This document shows positions 20,578 through 28,345 of a DNA stretch of 64,000 bases, one piece after another. The first letter of the stretch is position 1. Every line of letters starts with the position of its first letter. Position numbers and translations under genes: made by a program. The notes beneath the pieces are model-generated. The model was given only the letters and a program-made list of their open reading frames with translations. It made no database searches and was not told the DNA's origin. The stretch is from Candidatus Eiseniibacteriota bacterium (GTDB lineage: Bacteria > Eisenbacteria > RBG-16-71-46 > JABDJR01): positions 768,001-832,000 of the forward strand of contig CAVXKA010000002.1 of the NCBI GenBank assembly GCA_963762255.1, in the 5' to 3' direction.

Positions 20578-21216
20578 ATGAGCAAAGTATTCGTGAACAT
20601 CGGGCTTAGCCTTGACGGCTACATGACACCGGAAGGCATGACTCTGGAAAATTGGGATACGCCTGATCACAAGGACTGGGGAGTAAAGTGGGGTGCACTG
20701 ATGGGTTGGATTCACAATCTGCAGTATTTCCGCGAGAACCTCAAGCTCGGACCAGGGGGACAGACCGGGCCGGTCAATGACATGCTTCGTCACACCACAG
20801 AGCGCATCGGCGCAAACATTATGGGCAAGCGAATGTTCGACGTTGGCGAACGCGCATGGCCTGAGGAGGCCCCGTTTCATACTCCTGTTTATGTTCTTAC
20901 CCATGAGAAGCGCGAACCTTGGATTCGGCCGGGTGGGACGACGTTCGACTTCGTAAACGATGGCCCGGAAAGTGCTCTTGAGCAGGCCATGGAGTCTGCG
21001 GGCGGTCGCGATATTCGCATCGCCGGCGGCGCGGATGTGATCCAGCAGTACCTGAACCTGGGCGTCATCGACGAGCTGGAAATCGCCCTGGCGCCCGTGG
21101 TGTTCGGCGGTGGGAGACGACTCTTCGAAAACCTGCGCGAGCCGATGCCGCAGTTTCGAATTGACCAAGTGCTCCATGGTCCGGCAGCTACCCACTTGCG
21201 CTATGTGCGTGAGTAA
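20578..21216 (+). CDS. Dihydrofolate reductase-like / RibD C-terminal family protein (gene cassette)
   Basis: SLDGY, IMGKRMF, VYVLTH, IAGGA..IQQYL..G.IDEL, PVVFGGGRRLF; more AT-rich than the flanks; strong AGGAGG RBS. Confidence 0.9.
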   Translation: MSKVFVNIGLSLDGYMTPEGMTLENWDTPDHKDWGVKWGALMGWIHNLQYFRENLKLGPGGQTGPVNDMLRHTTERIGANIMGKRMFDVGERAWPEEAPFHTPVYVLTHEKREPWIRPGGTTFDFVNDGPESALEQAMESAGGRDIRIAGGADVIQQYLNLGVIDELEIALAPVVFGGGRRLFENLREPMPQFRIDQVLHGPAATHLRYVRE

Positions 21217-21221
21217 GGTCG

Positions 21222-21285
21222 GCCTAACAACCGGTTGCAGCGGACGGTCCGCTGCGCGGCCCGCCGCTGAACCGGAGCGTTGCCG
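21222..21285 (+). mobile_element. Integron attC site
   Basis: GCCTAAC (R'')...CCGGTT[G]CAGCGG...CCGCTGAACCGG...GTT (R'); imperfect hairpin with the characteristic extra G, 5 bp after the stop codon. Confidence 0.88.
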
Positions 21286-21325
21286 GGCTCTTGGGGACAG
21301 CGTTGGGTTGAGAGATAGTGTGCCC

Positions 21326-21541
21326 GTGAGTGATCCTGCAGTCGACATCAGCAGTCTGACCCCAGAGCAGAAGCTCCGCCTGATCGAGGAGCTCTGGGAT
21401 CGTCTGTCTGATGACGAGATCCCCATTACTGAGGCTCAGAGGCAGGAACTGGAGCGCAGGCTTGCTGACCTGGAGAGCAACCCCGACAAAGTCGTCCCTT
21501 GGGATGAAGTCCGGCGCCGTCTCCAGGACCGCATCACGTAA
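21326..21541 (+). CDS. Addiction-module antitoxin (TIGR02574-like)
   Basis: LTPEQKLRLIEELWDRL...ELERRLA...VVPWDEV. Confidence 0.85.
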   Translation: MSDPAVDISSLTPEQKLRLIEELWDRLSDDEIPITEAQRQELERRLADLESNPDKVVPWDEVRRRLQDRIT

Positions 21542-21717
21542 CGCTTGTATTCACTGAGACCGCACAGGTAGAGACGGAAGCTGCGACTGCGTGGTACGAA
21601 GCGCAACGATCGAGGCTCGGAGTGGAATTCCTCGCCGCTCTCGACGCCGCGATTGAAGCAGTCCGCATGCATCCAGAGGCCTATCCGGTTGCACTTCGGG
21701 ATATTCGAATGGCCTGA
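21538..21717 (+). pseudogene. RelE/ParE-family toxin remnant
   Basis: Frame reads (V)TLVFTETAQVETEAATAWYEAQRSRLGVEFLAALDAAIEAVRMHPEAYP...* (59 codons); begins GTA where an overlapping GTG start is expected; C-terminal part missing. Confidence 0.75.
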
Positions 21718-21735
21718 AGCAGCGCGGCGCCGCGC

Positions 21736-21757
21736 CGTGCTCACCCGGGTGATCACG
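21736..21757. repeat. Palindromic element CGTGCTCACCCGGGTGATCACG
   Basis: One-mismatch palindrome of the same family as 20387-20416; overlaps the stop codon of the aminotransferase. Confidence 0.85.
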
Positions 21758-22979
21758 ACACCTCGGCGAGCGCCTCCCCCATCGTCACAGCCGCCTCGTC
21801 GAGCACCTCTTCCGGCGTGTTGAGCGGCGGCGCCAACCGCACCACGTTGTCGTGGTGCAGCGTCCAGCCCAACAACAGTCCGCGGTCGCGACACGCGCTG
21901 GTGAACGCGCTCGTGAGCGCCGCCGACGCGAACTCGATCCCGATGAAGAGCCCGAGCCCGCGCACCTCGCGCACACCGGGCCGCGCGCCAAGCGCTTCTC
22001 GCAGCCGCGCCGCGAACCGCGCACCCACGCGCTCCGACCGCTCGACCAGCCCGTCGCGCCGCATCACGCGCAGCGCCGCGCGCCCCGCCGCGCACGACAC
22101 CGGATGCCCGCCGAAGGTGGTCACGTGCGAGAGCGGCGGATCATGGGTCAGGGTCTCCATCAACGCGCTCGCTCCGGCGAACGCGCCCAACGGATAGCCT
22201 CCCCCCAACGCTTTCGCGAGCACGATCACGTCGGGCACGACTCCCCAGCGCTCGCAGGCGAACAACCGTCCGGTCCGCCCGAACCCGGTCATGACTTCGT
22301 CCAGGATGAGGAGCGCCCCCACCTCGCGGCAGCGCCGGGCCAACGCAGGGAGAAAGTCGCTGGGGGGAATGCAGACGCCCCCTTCGCCCTGAACCGGCTC
22401 CACGATGACCCCGGCCACGCTGTCATCCAGAGCCCCCAAGGCCACCACATCCCCGAACGGCAGCAGCCTCACAGGGCCGAGAAGCGGCTTGAAGGGATCC
22501 TGGTAGACCGCACTCCCGGCGACGCTTAGCGCGCCGAATGTGTCGCCGTGATACGCCCCGCTGAAGGCGACGAATCCCGCGCGCCCGGTGGCCTTGCGGG
22601 CGAGCTTGAGCGCCCCCTCCACCGCCTCGGCGCCGCTGTTCACGAAGAACACGCGGTCGATCGGCGCGGGCAGCACCTCGGCCAGCTCCGCCGCGTAGAG
22701 CGCCTGCTCCTCCAGCACGTACTCGCCGTACACCATCACGTGGTGATAGCGCCGATTCTGTCGCTCCACCGCGGCGACCACTTCCGGGTGCGTGTGACCG
22801 ATGTTGGCCACTGCGATCCCGGCCAGCAGATCCAGGTAGCGATGGCCGTCGGGGGTGTGGATGTAGGGGCCCTCGGCGCGGTCCACCACGATGCCGATGG
22901 GGCCCGCCGAGGTCCACGCGAGATGCTCCGCGAAGGCCCGCCCCCAGCTCTCGAAATCGCTTGAACTTGAATCGGCCAT
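21753..22979 (-). CDS. Class III PLP aminotransferase (ArgD/ornithine aminotransferase-like)
   Basis: NSGAEAVEGALK, YHGDT, EPVQGEGG, DEVMTGFGRTG, LAKALGGG, TFGG. Confidence 0.92.
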   Translation of the reverse strand: MADSSSSDFESWGRAFAEHLAWTSAGPIGIVVDRAEGPYIHTPDGHRYLDLLAGIAVANIGHTHPEVVAAVERQNRRYHHVMVYGEYVLEEQALYAAELAEVLPAPIDRVFFVNSGAEAVEGALKLARKATGRAGFVAFSGAYHGDTFGALSVAGSAVYQDPFKPLLGPVRLLPFGDVVALGALDDSVAGVIVEPVQGEGGVCIPPSDFLPALARRCREVGALLILDEVMTGFGRTGRLFACERWGVVPDVIVLAKALGGGYPLGAFAGASALMETLTHDPPLSHVTTFGGHPVSCAAGRAALRVMRRDGLVERSERVGARFAARLREALGARPGVREVRGLGLFIGIEFASAALTSAFTSACRDRGLLLGWTLHHDNVVRLAPPLNTPEEVLDEAAVTMGEALAEVS

Positions 22980-23018
22980 GTGGATTTCCGATCGATGGTT
23001 ACAGAGAGGCCAGCTCAG

Positions 23019-24332
23019 TCAGCAGCGGCCGCGCCGCAGCAACTCCGCCAAGCCCGAACGCCCATCCGCTCGCCATCCCGCGGGAGGATCCTGGATGGTC
23101 TCGAGCGGAGCTGCGAAGGCCACGCCCGCATCACGCGCCGCTTCCGTGTACGTCCCCGCCCGATTGCCGAGGCAAGCGTAACCGATCCCCTGCACCTCGT
23201 CGCGGTGCGCCGCGAGAAGCTCGCTCAGCTCGCGCGCCCGTGGAAGCGCCGTCACCCGAACCACGCGCGCCGCAGGGCCCACCTCCAGGGAAAGCGCGTC
23301 ACCCCAGACCACGCCCCACGCCGGCAGCGCCGGAGCGATGATCCCACGACGCCGACCATCCCCCATCTCGTAGCGCGCGCGATGGGCAAGGATCGCCGAT
23401 GTCTGCGCGGCGGTGCGTGGCGGCGAAGGCCACCGCCGCTCCCACCCCGCGAGCGCCTCAGCAAGCCGCGCCGCAAATCGCCCCCGCTCCCCCGCCACGA
23501 ACAGGATGCGCGGTGAGAGGCACCCGGCCTGCTCCCAGAGCACGATCTCGCGCGCGATGCGCGACCACCACGAAGCAGGCGCATCCCGCCAGCCGCCTCC
23601 CACGATGCCGATCGAGATGCGCGGGCCGTATACGAGGAGAGGTAGAGGCTCATCGCTCGACCGCTGCGCGACCCGCGCGGTCACGGATCGCACCATCTCG
23701 GCGCCGCCGCTGGCCACCACGAGGCCGGCCTTCGCAAAGATCTCTCGCTCGACGGCCTCGTCGCCCCCCTTCCACTGCGCCACCGCAACCGCGCGGCCGA
23801 GCGCCGGCGCGGCACGATCGAGGCTCTCCTTGAAGAGACGCGCGGTGACAGGCTCCTCCGCCGCCGGCTTGAGTATCACCGCGCTTCGCGCAAGCAGCGC
23901 CTCCAACGCCGCGGGTATTGCGAGCCCGGCCACGTTGCCGGCCAGGATCTGCGCCACGACCTCGGGGCCGCGCGGGGCGGGACCCCGTGCCGTGCGGCGT
24001 CCCGCGACGGCGGCGGCGCGCCGGCCTGCGGGCCCGACCGGCGCCCCCGCCTCCACCCGCGCGTCCGCGAGCCAGCGCGCAAGCTTCACGCGCCCGTGCG
24101 CCGCGATCATGCGCCTAAGCCCAAACGCGAGCATCGCCTCACTCATGCCGGTGTCGGCCGCGAGTTCCGCGGCCGCGCGGGCGCCAAGACCTGCCGGTCC
24201 CTTCCACAACGTCAGCGCTGCGCCGAGTCCCACCAGCAACTCGTCATCGCTCATCACGGCCAACTCGTGCGCGGCCGCGCGCAGGCGCGCGAACACCGCT
24301 TCACCCGGCACGTACGAGGGCGGCTTCTTCAT
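23019..24332 (-). CDS. Acyl-CoA/acyl-protein reductase, LuxC-like
   Basis: ALDH-like fold: LAGNV, ILKP, ASGG, YGPRIS, catalytic EQAGCLSP; coupled to the luxE-like gene. Confidence 0.8.
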   Translation of the reverse strand: MKKPPSYVPGEAVFARLRAAAHELAVMSDDELLVGLGAALTLWKGPAGLGARAAAELAADTGMSEAMLAFGLRRMIAAHGRVKLARWLADARVEAGAPVGPAGRRAAAVAGRRTARGPAPRGPEVVAQILAGNVAGLAIPAALEALLARSAVILKPAAEEPVTARLFKESLDRAAPALGRAVAVAQWKGGDEAVEREIFAKAGLVVASGGAEMVRSVTARVAQRSSDEPLPLLVYGPRISIGIVGGGWRDAPASWWSRIAREIVLWEQAGCLSPRILFVAGERGRFAARLAEALAGWERRWPSPPRTAAQTSAILAHRARYEMGDGRRRGIIAPALPAWGVVWGDALSLEVGPAARVVRVTALPRARELSELLAAHRDEVQGIGYACLGNRAGTYTEAARDAGVAFAAPLETIQDPPAGWRADGRSGLAELLRRGRC

Positions 24333-25417
24333 CCGCCCCCCAAGAGCTCCTCGGTGACGAGCGAGCAGCCGCGCAGCTCGGCGTCCCGCGCGCGCCCGCG
24401 TAGGAGGAACCCTCCCTCGCGCATCGCGCCAAGGTCTTCGGTCACGATCGCGCTCACCGTCCAGGCGTTGGCCAGATCGACGTGCGCCAAGAGCCCGTCA
24501 ACACCCGCCGGCGCGGCACCGAGCGTCGCGGGATCGAGCACGCGCGTGCGTACCCAGTGCGGGCTCTCGTAGATCCGTTCGCCCGGCCCCGGCAGGCCGG
24601 CGACGCAACAGGCCAGCGTGGATTCGTAGAACTGCGAGCACATCTCGGTCATCCCATACTCCCCCACGACGTGCGTCAAGGGCACGCCCAGGCGCTCTTC
24701 GTAGAGGCGCATCAGTTCGTCACGCGAGATCTCGCGCCCGCGCCCCTTGGTTCCGCCGGTGTCCATGACGCGGCTTCCCGCGGGGAGCGAGAACCGCTCG
24801 CCGCGCGGAACGAGTTCATCGAGAACATGGGCGAATGCGAACGCGGTGCCGAGGAGAAGCACGGGCTCCTCGGCGCGGACCACATCCCGAAGCGCCGCCA
24901 GCAACCCGTCAAGATCGGCCGTGGGAGGTTCGAAGAACCGCCCGCTTCCCGCCGCACCGAAGCGCTCCAGCGCGCGCTCGACCATGTAGGAAAGCGAACT
25001 GTCCGGGAGCGCGGCCTCGCTGGGGATCAACGACAGGATGCGCATGCGCCCGCGATCGGGAAGGACGTGGCGGCGGAACGGCTCCTCCCATGCCGCCTCG
25101 TAGAGCGAGAGATCGGGGAGATGATGACGGCCTCGCCGATCCACCCCCGTCGTGGTCCCGCTGGTCGCGAAGACGCGAGCGGCGGGCGCGGTGGAGAGCA
25201 CCGCTTCCTTGAAGGCCGCGGTGGGGACGGCGGGGATGTCCTCCCACGTGCGAACGCGCTCCGGGATCAGGCCTCGCGACCTGCACAGTCGCCGGTACGG
25301 CTCGTTCTGCGCGAACTGGTACGCGAAGACCTCCAGTGCCACCGAATCGAAGTCGTCGCCGGAAGGATCGCGGATGAAGTGAAGCGCGCGCTCCACCGCA
25401 TCGGGGCGCCCGATCAT
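24329..25417 (-). CDS. Acyl-protein synthetase, LuxE-like
   Basis: IPAVPTAAFK, TSGTT, MDTGGTKG, EYGMTE, TEDLG, C-terminal ELRGCS. Confidence 0.88.
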   Translation of the reverse strand: MIGRPDAVERALHFIRDPSGDDFDSVALEVFAYQFAQNEPYRRLCRSRGLIPERVRTWEDIPAVPTAAFKEAVLSTAPAARVFATSGTTTGVDRRGRHHLPDLSLYEAAWEEPFRRHVLPDRGRMRILSLIPSEAALPDSSLSYMVERALERFGAAGSGRFFEPPTADLDGLLAALRDVVRAEEPVLLLGTAFAFAHVLDELVPRGERFSLPAGSRVMDTGGTKGRGREISRDELMRLYEERLGVPLTHVVGEYGMTEMCSQFYESTLACCVAGLPGPGERIYESPHWVRTRVLDPATLGAAPAGVDGLLAHVDLANAWTVSAIVTEDLGAMREGGFLLRGRARDAELRGCSLVTEELLGGG

Positions 25418-28071
25418 CGCGCCAGCACCAGCTTGTGCGTGCGCTCTTCCCCCATCGCCTCCAGACGGTAGAAGTACACCCCCACGGCCACCGCTTCGCC
25501 GCGCTCGTTCCGGCCGTCCCAGACTGCTTCGTGCGAGCCGGCGGCGAAGACGCCGTCGACGACCGTGCGAACGGCGCGCCCGGATGCGTCAAAGACTCGC
25601 AACGTCGCCCGACCCGGCCGAGGGAGCGTGAAGGAGATGCGCGACGCGGCGCGGAATGGATTCGGCCGGCTCGCGGCAAGAGCCAAGGCCGCCCCCAGCG
25701 CATCGGCGGCGCCAACCTCCACGGGTCCGTACCACGTGACGCCCCCCGTGCGCGTCAGCTCGGCCAGCCAGTAGCGCAGCCGCCCCTCCGGGGCGCGATC
25801 GTCCACGAACGCGTACGCCGAGGCTCCGCGCAACGGCGCCTCGGTGAGGCGCACCCGATCGCCCGGTGCGCTCTCGCGGTACACATCGAATCCCGCGTGA
25901 TCGCCGGAGGGCTCCGCTACCTCCCAGCGCAGATCCACACCCGCGCCCGACCGCTCCGCGGTAAAGCCCAGAAGCCTGACCGACACGAAACCCGAAGCGT
26001 CCCATCGGGCGAAGTTCTGCGACGAGCCTCCCCCAGCCACTGCGAACGCGCCGCCAACGTAGACGTCCGTGCCCGAGAGCATCAGCGCGCGCACTTCGCC
26101 GTCCACCCCTTCGCCGAGCGCCTGCCACGCAACGCCGTTCCACCGAGCCACCCCGCGCGCGGAGACGCTACCGATGGCGGTGAAGTCCCCCCCCATGTAG
26201 ACGGTGTCGCCGCGGGCTGCCACCGCGCGCACGGGACGCAGCTCGAGGCCCTCGCCCAACGCGCCGGACCATGCGCCGCCGTCCCACGCCGCGATCCCGT
26301 TCGCCGGCATACTCCCGGATCCGGTGAACGAACCTACGGCCACAATACGATCTCCTGCGGCAGCAAGACCCAGGACTTCTCCGTCGAGTCCTCCTCCGAG
26401 GGACGACCATACCGCGCCATCCCACCGTGCCACGTTGACCGCGGGGAATCCGCCCGCATTGTTGAAGAGCCCGCCGATGACCAAGCCGCCGGGAACCGTC
26501 ATCACCGCGTTCACCACGTAGGGCGGCTGGATACCTGTCCCGAGCGGTGCCCAGCGCGTGCCGTCCCACCGCGCGACCCGGTTCACCGACGAATCGCCGG
26601 CTGCGGTGAACGCGCCCGCCGCGTACAGCATGCCGTCCTCGTCCACCGCGAGCGATTGGCACCCCCCGTTGAGCCCCGGTCCCAGTGGATGCCAGGCACC
26701 TCCGTCCCACTTCGCGATGTTGAGAGTGGAGATCTCTCCCGCCATCGAGAAGCTTCCTCCGGCATAGATCGCTGCGGGGGTCACGGCGAGGCAGCGCACC
26801 GAGCCGTCGAGGCCGCTGCCCAAGGCGCTCCATCGCTCCCCATCCCAGAACGCGACGCTGCTCGCGATGACACCGCCCGCCACGGAGAAATCGCCGGCGA
26901 TGAAGACGCCGCCCCATCCCTGCACCACCGCGTTGACCGCGCCCTCGATGCCGGCGCCCAGAGCTTCCCAATTTGTGCTGTCCCAGACCGCGATCCCATG
27001 TGCGACGCGCTCCCCGGCGGAGTCGAAATCTCCGCCGGCACAGAGCCGACCTTCCGCGTCTGAGGCAAGGGCACGCACGACACCGTCGACTCCTTGCCCG
27101 ACCGGGGAGTACGTGCTCCCGTCCCACCGCGCCAGGTGGGCGACATCGTTGCCGGCGATGCCGGTGAACGACCCGGCAAGATAAAGGGATCCTCCCATTT
27201 CCATCATCGCCCGAACCACGCCGTTCGCACCGCCGCCCGAGGCGGCGTCCAACACGGAGCCGTCCCAACGTGCCAGGTACAGAGCGTCGGCGTCCCCAAC
27301 GTGGGTGAACGTCCCCCCGAGGAATAGCGCGCCCTGGTGCGCGGCGATCGCGTACACGGCCCCGTCGGTGCCCGAGCCCACACTCGACCACGCCGCCCCA
27401 TCCCACTGCGCCACGCAAGGGGCGGAGACTCCGCCGGCCTCGTCAAAGCTTCCCCCCACTACGACCCGACCGTCGAAGGCGGCGATGGCGTACACAGCGG
27501 CGGCGTCGCCTGGACTGTCGACACCCGTCCCCAACGCGGACCATGCGACGCCGTCCCATCGCGCAATCCGAGAGGCCGGTGTCGCCCCTACGCTATTGAA
27601 CTGCCCGCCCACGTAGAGTTGGCCGTCGATTGCGGCCAGCGCGTTCACTACGTAGTTAGGTCCGGCGCCCAGAGTCGACAATGAGGAGCCGTTCCAGAGC
27701 ACGAGATTGACGGCATCGATCTCTCCCGCTCGGGTGAAGAACCCGCCGATGGCGAGTCCTTGCGCCGTGACGGCCAGGGCATTCACGGTGGGGTGGACGG
27801 TCCCGTTGGTGCCGAGATGGGCCGGATCGCTCCAGCTCCGCCCATCCCAACAGGCGAACCCATTCGCCGCGACCCCTCCCGCCTGAGTGAAGTCCCCGCC
27901 GATGTAGAGTCGTCCATCGTAGAACGCGACAGCTTTCACGGTGCCGTCGACGCCGGGATAGCCGAACCGATCGTCCCAGCGCGGGTCCGTGGCTTGGGCG
28001 GCGGGAACGAAGACCCAACCGATGACGCAGAAGACAACCGGAACCCGGAGTGCAGCCAGCCGACCATGCAT
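25414..28071 (-). CDS. Secreted beta-propeller repeat protein with FlgD-Ig/T9SS-like CTD
   Basis: Signal peptide; about 12 repeats of V.A.....LY.GG.F..AG......ARWDG..W..LG.G; tail PNPF...WDG...GVYFYRL...HKLVLAR. Confidence 0.88.
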   Translation of the reverse strand: MHGRLAALRVPVVFCVIGWVFVPAAQATDPRWDDRFGYPGVDGTVKAVAFYDGRLYIGGDFTQAGGVAANGFACWDGRSWSDPAHLGTNGTVHPTVNALAVTAQGLAIGGFFTRAGEIDAVNLVLWNGSSLSTLGAGPNYVVNALAAIDGQLYVGGQFNSVGATPASRIARWDGVAWSALGTGVDSPGDAAAVYAIAAFDGRVVVGGSFDEAGGVSAPCVAQWDGAAWSSVGSGTDGAVYAIAAHQGALFLGGTFTHVGDADALYLARWDGSVLDAASGGGANGVVRAMMEMGGSLYLAGSFTGIAGNDVAHLARWDGSTYSPVGQGVDGVVRALASDAEGRLCAGGDFDSAGERVAHGIAVWDSTNWEALGAGIEGAVNAVVQGWGGVFIAGDFSVAGGVIASSVAFWDGERWSALGSGLDGSVRCLAVTPAAIYAGGSFSMAGEISTLNIAKWDGGAWHPLGPGLNGGCQSLAVDEDGMLYAAGAFTAAGDSSVNRVARWDGTRWAPLGTGIQPPYVVNAVMTVPGGLVIGGLFNNAGGFPAVNVARWDGAVWSSLGGGLDGEVLGLAAAGDRIVAVGSFTGSGSMPANGIAAWDGGAWSGALGEGLELRPVRAVAARGDTVYMGGDFTAIGSVSARGVARWNGVAWQALGEGVDGEVRALMLSGTDVYVGGAFAVAGGGSSQNFARWDASGFVSVRLLGFTAERSGAGVDLRWEVAEPSGDHAGFDVYRESAPGDRVRLTEAPLRGASAYAFVDDRAPEGRLRYWLAELTRTGGVTWYGPVEVGAADALGAALALAASRPNPFRAASRISFTLPRPGRATLRVFDASGRAVRTVVDGVFAAGSHEAVWDGRNERGEAVAVGVYFYRLEAMGEERTHKLVLAR

Positions 28072-28345
28072 GACTCAAGTCCCCATGTGTAAGCCCGTGA
28101 CCGAGAATATAGCGCCAAGGCGGGAGACGCGCAGAGTAAACCGGACAAACTTACTCGTATTTGTCTCGTTTTCATCGATCCCCTTTATCCCGAGAATGGA
28201 TGGTCGACAACCCGTCTCCCATGGATAGAATCCGCCACAGTTGATGACAGCGAGGCAAGCAACCCAGGCTCAACGGTCTGGCGCAAAGATCCGGTGGTTC
28301 CACGGCCCTGCGACCGCCGGATGACAAGTGGATAAGGAGTGTGGG

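Noticed and set aside
20578-21216. Trimethoprim-resistance dfrA cassette
   Set aside because: Length and motifs fit the RibD C-terminal/DHFR-like family rather than DfrA; resistance cannot be claimed
23019-25417. Bioluminescence (lux) operon
   Set aside because: No luxA, luxB or luxD in the window; luxE/luxC homologs are common in non-luminous bacteria
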